DNA from: Candidatus Aldehydirespiratoraceae bacterium
GTDB taxonomy: Bacteria; Actinomycetota; Acidimicrobiia; Acidimicrobiales; Aldehydirespiratoraceae
Assembly: GCA_965198365.1 (NCBI GenBank)
Contig: OZ240617.1
Location: 1,029,988 to 1,093,987 of the forward strand
Reading direction: 5' to 3'
DNA length: 64,000 bases
A program made the position numbers and the translations under genes. Below the pieces are notes generated by a model that saw only the letters and a list, made by a program, of their open reading frames with translations, ran no database searches and was not told the DNA's origin. Below, piece by piece: positions 34,840 to 43,871 of this stretch; positions within the stretch are counted from its first letter, which is position 1; each line of letters starts with the position of its first letter.

Positions 34840-36093
34840 ATGGGACCGACAGAACTCCACCGAGGACTGAACCTCGGGGACGCCCAGAACCTTCGCGGTC
34901 TATGGCAGCATGCACCGTCTCCCCGGTCGATCATTACCTCACCGCCCTATCTCGACATGCACGATTATGGAAACGCTTCTCAGATCGGCTTCCGTGGGCA
35001 GAGCGTCCGAAATTACCTTGAACAGATGGCCAGACTCTTTAATGATTGCTACGAGATCACAACTGATGACGCGACCTTCTGGCTCGTAGCGGGCTCACTG
35101 AGAAGAAAGGGGCGGCTCATACCTCTGCCCGACAAGCTCACCGCCTGCGCAGAAGACGCGGGTTGGTTGTTGCGGGAGTCGATCACATGGGATAAGCAGA
35201 AGGCTCTGCCGTGGACCCACCATGGTGAGCTAAGGGACATCACTGAACAGGTGCTACTATTCTCCAAGTCTGGAGACTTCGCGTTCGATCCGAGCGAACT
35301 TCGCTCTCCCATCCCGAACTCAGTTTGGTGGCGTAGGTACCCAGAACGATATTCCCCGAGCGGACGCATGCCGACGAACTTGTGGAGCATTCCTATTCCT
35401 ACGCAAGGTTCGTGGACCGGAGTCCGGACTCACCTCTGTCCTTTCCCACAGGAGCTCACCTACAGGATGCTGTCGTTGACCACCATTGAGGGCGATACCG
35501 TTCTAGATCCTCTGGCCGGTATCGGATCGGTCCCAGCGATGGCAGAGGCGATGGGCCGAGTTGGCTACGGACTCGAGCTCACTGCTGAATACGCGGATAT
35601 GTACGAGTGCACCGCGCAATCCGCTAAGGACTTCTTGTCTCAGATCGACGACGACCGTTGCGTTCGGGAAGCGTTCGAGCGAACGATCATTGAACTCAGG
35701 CTACTCAAGTTCGCCAAGCTGTTAGGTCAACAGGTTACGGATGCTGGGCTCGCCGTGTCGTGGGTGCGCGCCAAAAAGAGTTCTCGACAGCCAAGACAGG
35801 ATTTCCAGGTTGCGGCAGGAGAATTTGATCTCGTGTTGAGCGATGGCTTATCACCCGAGTCCGCTCTCACCGTCGCTCATTCCGCCATTCAGCGGAAGCC
35901 GTTGTCAAAGTTCGGGATCGACGCGGAGATTATCCCGGTGGATCGGACGGAAGCCACTACGCACGGGTACTGGTACTCGGCCGGGTGGTTCTGGAAACCA
36001 CCCGTGGCCGCAAAACCGACGGACGGTGGCCCGCACGTAGTAGCTGAATTCTACCCAAATCCTGATCAGATTGATGATACACCATACATTTAA
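34840..36093 (+). CDS. beta-class N4/N6 DNA methyltransferase with an unassigned ~150-aa C-terminal extension
   Basis: IITSPPY (motif IV) precedes VLDPLAGIGSVP (motif I), the circular permutation of beta-class amino-MTases. Confidence 0.85.
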   Translation: MGPTELHRGLNLGDAQNLRGLWQHAPSPRSIITSPPYLDMHDYGNASQIGFRGQSVRNYLEQMARLFNDCYEITTDDATFWLVAGSLRRKGRLIPLPDKLTACAEDAGWLLRESITWDKQKALPWTHHGELRDITEQVLLFSKSGDFAFDPSELRSPIPNSVWWRRYPERYSPSGRMPTNLWSIPIPTQGSWTGVRTHLCPFPQELTYRMLSLTTIEGDTVLDPLAGIGSVPAMAEAMGRVGYGLELTAEYADMYECTAQSAKDFLSQIDDDRCVREAFERTIIELRLLKFAKLLGQQVTDAGLAVSWVRAKKSSRQPRQDFQVAAGEFDLVLSDGLSPESALTVAHSAIQRKPLSKFGIDAEIIPVDRTEATTHGYWYSAGWFWKPPVAAKPTDGGPHVVAEFYPNPDQIDDTPYI

Positions 36094-36223
36094 TCAACAT
36101 CCAAAGAACACGAAACATATCTGGTTGATGATGGTCCTTGCCGGACCTGATACTCGAGAATCTGTTACACGGCGATGCCGTCTCATCCAATCAAACTTGG
36201 TCCCAATTCGTTAGGACGACTTT

Positions 36224-37777
36224 ATGACTGAAGACAATCATATGACTGAAGACAATCAACAACGTGTCCCAGCGATAAGGGTGAAACAGTGGCTAAAACT
36301 GTGGGATGCTTACACCTTCAATGAGGCAGCACGTCAGAGAAAGCCAGAGCCACACTTCTACATATGCTCTATGTCAGCACCCCTGTTGAGAAGGTTGTCT
36401 GGAGTACGACGTCGCGAAGCTTCGGGGCCACGAAGCGCCGATATCGGGATTCAACGAGGCCACGACGAAGAACGATCCCGAGAGATACGACGTTTCGTCA
36501 TCGCGGGATATCCATGGGCAAGCCTCAACACTAAGGATCAGTCTCGATTTCCAAACCTAAAGAAACCGGGATGGCTACCTACCGCGGTTGTTGCGAATTT
36601 GGTCCGTGAAACGACCGACAGAGACGGAATTAAGGCCTCTCCTCAGGATCTGATCACCATTGAAACAGAAGTGGACGGTCGCGTATATCTCAAGCTGCCA
36701 AAAGGCTCCGAAGATCCCTCGTGGGAACTATCCGAACACGGGTTAGAACCCCTGGAGATTATCGATGGCCAGCACAGGCTATACGCGTTCTCAGAAGATG
36801 ATGAGTTGGAAGGAGATTTTGAGCTTCCTGTCGTGGTGTTCGAAGACCTCGATATTGGTTGGCAAGCGTATCTCTTCTGGTCAATCAATGTATCACCAAA
36901 GCGGATCAACCCATCAATGGCATACGACCTTTATCCACTGTTACGAACGGATGATTGGCTGGAACGCGTCGAGGGACCAATGGCATACCGCGAAACGCGG
37001 GCGCAAGAGCTCACCGAGGCGCTGTGGAGCCACCCAGACAGCCCTTGGCGCGACAGAATCGGAATGCTTGGTCGCGAGCGTGGGAAGGTAACGCAGGCGG
37101 CCTTCGTGAGGTCGCTAACTCTGAGCTTCGTTCGCGGATGGTCAGGCGGTAGACGAACCGGGATCGGAGGATTCTTTGGAACTGAGCAGACCGAAAAACA
37201 AACTGACGTGCTAGGCTGGAATCGATCACAACAAGCTGCTTACCTGATAGCGCTTTGGTCAAGTCTGAGAGATGCTATAGAAGGTTCTGACTCTGAGTGG
37301 GTCAAGAATCTTCGTGAGCGAACCAAAGAAGACGATGCGCCCGAGAAGCTAGACCCGGCATTCGCTGGCCGATTCTCAATCCTGGCTACAGATCAAGGAG
37401 TCCGCGGGTTCCTCCAGGTTTGCAATGACATTTCTTACGAGCGCCGCCATGAAATCCCTTTCGGGGAGTGGCGGCGACCAACAGCGGCGGGAGCAACAGA
37501 TCTAGAAGAAGTCAGCGAAGCTCTAGACGAACTTCCGGGACCAATCAAGGAGTTTATTCGAGCCCTGACTGGGAACATCTCAACCTTTGACTGGCGCTCA
37601 GCCGTCACGCCAGGGTTACCGGATAACATTGAAATCTTTCAGAGCCGCTATCGTGCCGGCAGCGGGTACAAACAGGTACGGCTCCAGTTGTTGCTCCATC
37701 TATGTGAATCCGGTAACACCGACATAGCCGATAGTGCGCGGTTCGTAGCCCGAGCACTGGGCTACTCCGAGGACTAA
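36224..37777 (+). CDS. DGQHR-domain protein (DndB/DpdB-like, ParB-fold)
   Basis: IGIQRGHDEERSREIRRFV and EIIDGQHRLYAF signature, then LFWSINVSPKRI. Confidence 0.85.
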   Translation: MTEDNHMTEDNQQRVPAIRVKQWLKLWDAYTFNEAARQRKPEPHFYICSMSAPLLRRLSGVRRREASGPRSADIGIQRGHDEERSREIRRFVIAGYPWASLNTKDQSRFPNLKKPGWLPTAVVANLVRETTDRDGIKASPQDLITIETEVDGRVYLKLPKGSEDPSWELSEHGLEPLEIIDGQHRLYAFSEDDELEGDFELPVVVFEDLDIGWQAYLFWSINVSPKRINPSMAYDLYPLLRTDDWLERVEGPMAYRETRAQELTEALWSHPDSPWRDRIGMLGRERGKVTQAAFVRSLTLSFVRGWSGGRRTGIGGFFGTEQTEKQTDVLGWNRSQQAAYLIALWSSLRDAIEGSDSEWVKNLRERTKEDDAPEKLDPAFAGRFSILATDQGVRGFLQVCNDISYERRHEIPFGEWRRPTAAGATDLEEVSEALDELPGPIKEFIRALTGNISTFDWRSAVTPGLPDNIEIFQSRYRAGSGYKQVRLQLLLHLCESGNTDIADSARFVARALGYSED

Positions 37778-37781
37778 TACG

Positions 37782-39125
37782 ATGATTCGGCAAATCGCCG
37801 ACAAAGCGGAGGACTTAGTTGGAGTCGCCTCGTCAACGGTGGCCGAGAATTCGCTGCGATCAGCCGCGGAAAGGATGCGGACCAACAACCGCTGGTTGAG
37901 TCAGCGGAACCCTTATAGGAAGGACACGATTTCAGCCCTTCGGAAACGCGACATCCAAGCATCCGAACTCGGCGAGTACATCGCTTGCTCCGCGCCGCTA
38001 CATCTCACTGATGGTTGGAACTACCTAGCTCGCGCATTCGATTCTACATTACGCGGAGACCACAGTTCTGCTCACCACTTAGCGTATTACGCAGAACTTC
38101 GTGCGGCTATGTCGTTGCTTGCTACCGAGGGTATCGGTGTTTTTGACAGGAAACACATCGCTTTCGACGCCGAGATGCAGCCCACAGAACTCGAAAGAAC
38201 ACCGACTCATCAGGCAACATGGGAGTTGTTGAATGCTTGGTCGCACAAAACCGGCAGCGCCTCGAAGTTGCTTGACACGATCTCCCTAGACACGATCTCC
38301 CTAGATCCACAAAGTCTATCACAATGGCTCAAGCAGGTTGGTGTTCACGCTCCCGCCCAAGACTTGGTAGCTCGAGAATGGCTTCAAGCATGGAGTATAG
38401 ACTTAGAGAAATTCTCTGACGATCGGTCGCAGCGAAACGAAATGAGCTACCGTCCGACCCGAATCCACGAAACGAAGACTCAATCCGTATACCCACTCCG
38501 CGAACGGAGTGACTCTGTATTCAATTCATGGGATGCACTGCAGCCGACAATCGTGGGGGTAATGGTAGCTTTAGACATCTCGCTTCTTCGAAAGGCAATT
38601 GAACTAGCAATACAAAAGAAGCTGTGTAACTATTCGACGTTTCACAAAGCGTGGGCGTCACTACAGAGTGTCATGCCTCCACATTTGCACGAAGCACTAA
38701 AATCGCCTCGCCCTAGTGCGACAGCAATTTTCCGCGAAGCGAAGAAAGCTAACCCCCGAGCGGCTTCAAAGAAAAACAATCCCGGAGCGAGTTCTGCGCC
38801 CATTCTGGCCCGTGCACTGTTGATGCTGCGTCTCGCGTCTGCCAGCACAGGTGCACTGCTCAAGGCGGCAGAAATATCGCGATCCGATGTCGAGTTCTGG
38901 TGGTCGCCGTTGGGAACGGACTTGGGTCTTTGGGATAATCCATCTAACATCACACACTTCACCGATCTCTGGGCAGACGTACAAGCTGCGATAGAGACCG
39001 CAGAAGTGAACATATCGAGTCTTGGTGGAGCGAGTTCAATTCGGGATGTCGCCAGTATCCTGACGCGAGATATGTCGCTGACGCAGTTCTCACGCGCGCC
39101 AATGTGGCTGTTGGGTCTGAAATAG
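37782..39125 (+). CDS. hypothetical 447-aa protein, coupled to the DGQHR gene (4-nt gap)
   Basis: Protein-like, apparently helical composition. The N-terminal segment WNYLARAFDSTL..AHHLAYYAELRAAMSLLATEGIGV..PTHQATWELL is faintly HEPN-like. No catalytic motif identified. Confidence 0.65.
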   Translation: MIRQIADKAEDLVGVASSTVAENSLRSAAERMRTNNRWLSQRNPYRKDTISALRKRDIQASELGEYIACSAPLHLTDGWNYLARAFDSTLRGDHSSAHHLAYYAELRAAMSLLATEGIGVFDRKHIAFDAEMQPTELERTPTHQATWELLNAWSHKTGSASKLLDTISLDTISLDPQSLSQWLKQVGVHAPAQDLVAREWLQAWSIDLEKFSDDRSQRNEMSYRPTRIHETKTQSVYPLRERSDSVFNSWDALQPTIVGVMVALDISLLRKAIELAIQKKLCNYSTFHKAWASLQSVMPPHLHEALKSPRPSATAIFREAKKANPRAASKKNNPGASSAPILARALLMLRLASASTGALLKAAEISRSDVEFWWSPLGTDLGLWDNPSNITHFTDLWADVQAAIETAEVNISSLGGASSIRDVASILTRDMSLTQFSRAPMWLLGLK

Positions 39126-39524
39126 GTTGATGCGCTGGCCTGAATGGGTCCGTGGCTGCGTTGATTTTCGATTGATAATTGACGTGTCGTGAGTTGGTCG
39201 GACAACGAGATCGCGCCGGTCCGGCTGGCCTCGACGACACGGGCGAGATTTGTGGCAACCACAGCGGCGGGTCGTGACGCGCGCCCGGTGTCTGCGTCGC
39301 TGTCGAGTTGGGGTGTGTCTGGAATTCAGTCAACAGGGCGGTGCTGACTGGCGTGAGGTGCCTGAAACGGGTGGACACTCACCGAGAGCTATGGCCTGGA
39401 GCGACGAGCCATTGCTTGAGTACCGGACGGGTAGTCAACGGAACCGATACGAAAACGATCCTCAGGCATTGGTGGCACCGCTTCTCTTATGTGTTCTCGG
39501 ATATGCGTCGAATCTACGCCAGAT

Positions 39525-40841
39525 TTAAGGAGAGATGAGTCCGACCGTTAGCGTTTCGGTTGTCAGTCCTGGTACTGCCAGATCACGGGTCACGGCTGCG
39601 GTGATCAGTGCGGTCCGGTACTCCTCCAAGAGCTTGATCATGGCCTCCGCCTGCGAGGACAGACCGTCGATGCGATTCGTCTGACGGTCGAGAAACGCTG
39701 CGATGTCGCGCTGTTCGTCGAGGGGCGGAAAGGGGACGAGTGCTTCGCCGACGGCGGGCTTTGGAAGCCCGAAACGCGTGATACCTGTGGCCGCCACTCG
39801 GAGTTGGCAATTCACCGCATCCGACTGCATTGCTCGGAACACGAAACCGGGATTCGCTAACGGAGTCGGTCGGATGATGCCGAGGTGATATCCACAAACG
39901 AAGTCATCGGCCGTTTCTTCGATGAGCGCGGGCACAGCAATATCCTGCCAGTCCTCGGAGTCCTTTGTGATTACAACGTCGCCTTCGTTCAGTCTGAATC
40001 GAACGAACTCTTGTGGTGACGCTGTTGCTTCCATGAAACTGCTGTCGCCAGCCCGAATGCGGTTCCCGTAGTAGACGTCGGTGTAGTTGCACAGCCTGAC
40101 AGGCAGTTCTCCTTCCTTAGTCTTCTTGTCAACGTTGCTCGTCCGATATGACACCCGATACTTGAGGCGCAGAACCTCCCAGTGGGCGGGGATGTGGCCT
40201 AGCCAGTCCATGCCGGAGGGGCGGAGGCGGGGTGAGGGATCGAAGCCGCGGGTTACGGTCTGGGTGATTAACGCTGTGCGGTGCTCTGCGAGGAGTTCGA
40301 TGAGGCGGCGTTTCTTGGAGATGAGGGTGTCGATGCGGGCGGTTTCGGTGTCGAGGTAGTCAGCGATCGCCTGTTGCTCCACAAGGGGCGGAAGAGAGAC
40401 AGGGATGTCGCGGAACTGCTCCCAGCTAATGTCGAACTGCGACGGCGGAAGGCACTTCCCACGACGTTCGTACTCACTGATGTATAACCGCGTTCGAAGC
40501 AGATGATGTACGAATCTTGGGTTGGCTTCGTCGGAGATCTCCGCGACAAAGTAGGCGGGGCTGATAATGCCGTGGTGGTGGGAAACACCTAGAGCGCCGT
40601 GGGGTTTACCCAACTGATTCATTACTAAATCGTTTGGTCTCACTTCTTGGTACCCGCTGAGATCGAGAGATGGAGCGGTACGGCCGTCGCCCTCCTGTCT
40701 AGGTACCACTCCCTTGGGTAGGTTCACCGACAGGAGTTGCAGGTCAGAACGGTTGGTTTGTTTTCGACGCGTGAGAAATGAACGGAGCTTCGTTGGTCGC
40801 CACTCGGGAGGAGCGATTACTGAATCAAGTACCGAAGTCAC
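39525..40841 (-). CDS. hsdS: Type I R-M specificity subunit
   Basis: Two TRD halves, each followed by the conserved LPPL.EQ..IA..LD....RID.L...........LLEE.R.ALI helix (VSLPPLVEQQAIADYLD... and VPFPPLDEQRDIAAFLD...). Confidence 0.85.
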   Translation of the reverse strand: MTSVLDSVIAPPEWRPTKLRSFLTRRKQTNRSDLQLLSVNLPKGVVPRQEGDGRTAPSLDLSGYQEVRPNDLVMNQLGKPHGALGVSHHHGIISPAYFVAEISDEANPRFVHHLLRTRLYISEYERRGKCLPPSQFDISWEQFRDIPVSLPPLVEQQAIADYLDTETARIDTLISKKRRLIELLAEHRTALITQTVTRGFDPSPRLRPSGMDWLGHIPAHWEVLRLKYRVSYRTSNVDKKTKEGELPVRLCNYTDVYYGNRIRAGDSSFMEATASPQEFVRFRLNEGDVVITKDSEDWQDIAVPALIEETADDFVCGYHLGIIRPTPLANPGFVFRAMQSDAVNCQLRVAATGITRFGLPKPAVGEALVPFPPLDEQRDIAAFLDRQTNRIDGLSSQAEAMIKLLEEYRTALITAAVTRDLAVPGLTTETLTVGLISP

Positions 40842-42889
40842 TCGGCTACCTCGGTGAGGAGAGTTTGGATTTCTGCTTCTAGAGTTTTGATTTCGGCGTT
40901 GATCTCGGTGAGGGGGCGGGGTGGGGTGTAGGTGTAGAAATGGCGAGTTAGGGGGATCTCGTAGCCGATCTTCGTCTTGTCAGGGTCGTGCCAGGCGTCG
41001 GAGACATAGGGGAGCACCTCGGTTCCCATGTAGTCGTCGATGGCTGTCCGGTACTCGATGGTCCCGAGCCGCGCTGTGGGGTCGTCCTCGAAAGTGACAC
41101 TCACCGCGGGGAGCGGGATGTTCTCGTAGTCGCGAAGGTCAGGGTCGGGTTTGGGGTGACCTGAGCGGTCGGTGATGATCGGTGCCTCGGGGTCACGCAC
41201 CGCAATAGCTCCGGTAATGGCATTGGCAAGCGCGGTGGTCTTGCCCAGACCGGCCGAATCGAGTGCTTCTGATATCACAGCTTTGGCCAGCTTCTCGGTG
41301 GCGAACGAACTGCCCAGTCGCTCCCTCAACGCATCGAGCAGAGCGTCGCGCAACGAATGATCCAGCTTGCCGACAGCCTTGAGCGACTCGACGGCCAACA
41401 AGGTGTCGTCGGTGATCTCCCAACGCAACTGCAAAGGCCGCTCCACGGTGATGCGTAGGAACCCGAATGCCTCGTTGGGGAAGATCTTGACAAGCGGACC
41501 CTCTTCGAAAGAGCCGTAGAGACGGGCGATCTCGTCAATTTGCGCTACCGAGAGCTCCTTACGTTTCTGGCCGAGGGACTTGCGGGTCTTGGTGAAAATG
41601 TCGCGGGCGTCAACAAGCTGGATCTTTCCCCGACGGCGGGGTGACTTACGATTCGTGACCACCCAGAAGTAGGTGGAGATCCCGGTGTTGTAGAAGAGTT
41701 GGTCGGGCAAGGCAACAACCGCTTCGAGCATGTCGTTCTCGATGATCCAGCGGCGGATCTCCGACTCGCCCGAACCCGCACCTCCGGTGAACAGTGGCGA
41801 CCCGTTGAACACAATCGCCAAGCGGGCGCCGCCCTCGCGTGAAGTCTTCATCTTCGAGATCATGTGCTGCAAGAACAAGAAGCTGCCGTCGTTGATGCGA
41901 GGCAACCCAGCCCCGAAACGGCCGGCGAAACCCAGAGCCGAATGCTCGCCCTTCACCGTCTCGGCCACCATTTTCCACTCCACCCCGAAAGGAGGATTGG
42001 CGAGCAGATAATCGAAACGCTCGCCCTGGTGTTGGTCGTTGTCGAAACTGTTGCCGAAACGGATATTGGAAGCTTCCTGACCCTTGATCAGCATGTCGGC
42101 ACGGCAAGTGGCATACGTCTCGGCGTTCAACTTCTGGCCGAACACTCTCAAACGAGCCTGAGGGTTGAGCTTGCGCAGGTGATCCTCGGCGACCGACAGC
42201 ATCCCGCCGGTTCCACACGCCGGATCAAGCAGCGTCTTGACCACACCCGGGCGCGTCAACAACTCGTCGTCGTCGATGAACAACAGATTCACCATCAGCC
42301 GGATCACCTCACGAGGCGTGAAATGCTCACCCGCCGTCTCGTTCGACAACTCAGAGAACTTGCGGATCAGCTCCTCGTAGAGATAACCCATCTCCAGATC
42401 CGACACCGTCTCGGGACTCAAGTCGATATCGGCGAACATCGACACCACCAGATACAACAGGTTGTGCTCGTCAAGCCGATCGATCTGCACGTCGAAGTTG
42501 AACTTGTCGACAATGTCACGCGCCGACTCGGAGAACCCGGCGATGTAGTTGCGCAAGTTTCCGGCCACGTTGTTGGAATCACTCAGCAGCGAGCGAAACG
42601 TATGCCTCGACGTGTTGACGAACGGTTGCCCAGCCACCCTCTGCAAGACCGGCTCACGGTTCTCCAGCGTCGGCGGCAACTTCGCCATCGTTTCAAGAAC
42701 CGCATCCTTGGTCGGCTCCAACACGCAATCCAACCGCCGCAGCACTGTCAACGGAAGGATCACGCGTCCATACTCCGACGGCTTGTACACACCCCGCAGC
42801 TTGTCCGCGACCGACCAGATGAACCCCGCATGATTGTTGATGGCCGTTTCGCTCATTGATTCCATTCCCGACATGCGTGCGGTCGTCAC
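40838..42889 (-). CDS. hsdM: Type I R-M N6-adenine methyltransferase subunit
   Basis: LLDPACGTGGML (motif I), LLANPPFGVEW (NPPF motif IV). 4-bp overlap with hsdS. N-terminal HsdM_N-like IWSVADKLRG. True start may be the internal Met at about 42856. Confidence 0.9.
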   Translation of the reverse strand: MTTARMSGMESMSETAINNHAGFIWSVADKLRGVYKPSEYGRVILPLTVLRRLDCVLEPTKDAVLETMAKLPPTLENREPVLQRVAGQPFVNTSRHTFRSLLSDSNNVAGNLRNYIAGFSESARDIVDKFNFDVQIDRLDEHNLLYLVVSMFADIDLSPETVSDLEMGYLYEELIRKFSELSNETAGEHFTPREVIRLMVNLLFIDDDELLTRPGVVKTLLDPACGTGGMLSVAEDHLRKLNPQARLRVFGQKLNAETYATCRADMLIKGQEASNIRFGNSFDNDQHQGERFDYLLANPPFGVEWKMVAETVKGEHSALGFAGRFGAGLPRINDGSFLFLQHMISKMKTSREGGARLAIVFNGSPLFTGGAGSGESEIRRWIIENDMLEAVVALPDQLFYNTGISTYFWVVTNRKSPRRRGKIQLVDARDIFTKTRKSLGQKRKELSVAQIDEIARLYGSFEEGPLVKIFPNEAFGFLRITVERPLQLRWEITDDTLLAVESLKAVGKLDHSLRDALLDALRERLGSSFATEKLAKAVISEALDSAGLGKTTALANAITGAIAVRDPEAPIITDRSGHPKPDPDLRDYENIPLPAVSVTFEDDPTARLGTIEYRTAIDDYMGTEVLPYVSDAWHDPDKTKIGYEIPLTRHFYTYTPPRPLTEINAEIKTLEAEIQTLLTEVAE

Positions 42890-42960
42890 GCTAGGGGATC
42901 AGCGAGGTTACGTCCCATCCCGCGTTTCGCCTGCGACGTTCGCCACTCGGATCAGCGGGG

Positions 42961-43770
42961 TCAGCGGGGTTGGCAGGTGGGGCACCAGGTGGTGCTGCGG
43001 GCGTCGATGACTCGGCGGCGCATGACGGTGCCGCAACGGTCGCAGGGCTCTCCGGCTCGTCCGTAGCAGTGCAACTCGTGTTGGTTGGCGCCGGCTTGGC
43101 CGTCTGAATCCACGTAGTCGCGCAGGGTCGTGCCGCCGTACTTGATGCCGGAATCGAGGGCTGTGCGGATGCCTTCCACCAAGCGCTCTGCTCGCTGCGG
43201 GCTCAGCCTGCGGGTCGCTGGGTTGATCTTGGCGAGCCAAAAGGCCTCGTCAGCGTATATGTTGCCGATCCCCGCCACCGGCCGTTGCGACAACAGCAGT
43301 GTCTTGACATACCGGTCGGAGCGTTTAACGAAAGCGGCCAGCGAGCGGCCGGTGAATGCCGGGTCCCAAGGCTCAGGCCCCAAAGCAGCCAGCGTGGGGA
43401 TGGCGCCGTGATCGCCGCGCTCCACATGGTGGATGCGCCCGAAACGGCGAATGTCGTGGAAGGTGAGCCGTCCACCGGTATCGAGTTCCCACCAAGCCCG
43501 AAGATGAGGATGTTCCAGCGCCTCCGGAGTCGGCTCCCGCACCGCGAGACGTCCCGTCATCCCCAGATGGACGATCAACTCCTCGTCCCCGGAAAGGTCG
43601 AAGAGCAGGTATTTTCCGCGGCGGCGAACTGCGATGATCTGCGCCCCGATGACACCCGTGGCAGGCGTGAACTTCTCAGACCAATGCGACTCTGCGTCGA
43701 CTATCTCCGCCCCCACCACACGCGGTTCAAGCTGACGGCGGATCGTCTCCACCTCAGGAAGTTCAGGCAC
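42961..43770 (-). CDS. mutM: formamidopyrimidine-DNA glycosylase (Fpg/Nei family)
   Basis: MPELPEVETIRRQL N-terminus and C-terminal zinc finger CDRCG...CPTCQ. Confidence 0.9.
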   Translation of the reverse strand: MPELPEVETIRRQLEPRVVGAEIVDAESHWSEKFTPATGVIGAQIIAVRRRGKYLLFDLSGDEELIVHLGMTGRLAVREPTPEALEHPHLRAWWELDTGGRLTFHDIRRFGRIHHVERGDHGAIPTLAALGPEPWDPAFTGRSLAAFVKRSDRYVKTLLLSQRPVAGIGNIYADEAFWLAKINPATRRLSPQRAERLVEGIRTALDSGIKYGGTTLRDYVDSDGQAGANQHELHCYGRAGEPCDRCGTVMRRRVIDARSTTWCPTCQPR

Positions 43771-43871
43771 GTCGGCACTCTATTGCCCCAAGGCCCGGGG
43801 GCCTCCGCGGGCGTGTCAGTAGCGGCAGCTAGGCTGACGAACGTTCGTTCGTAAACCCCGAGAGTCTTACC

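Noticed and set aside
39126-39524. ORFs 39250..39528 and 38959..39378 in the gap between the 447-aa gene and hsdS
   Set aside because: They are Arg/Cys-rich with no family resemblance and overlap each other. I treat the gap as an intergenic spacer between convergent transcription units.
18770-42960. Search for integrase, transposase, tRNA or flanking att direct repeats defining the island as an integrative element
   Set aside because: I found no recombinase-like ORF or tRNA-like sequence by eye. The only repeats are the internal segmental duplication and the short tandem arrays, so mobility cannot be claimed from this window.
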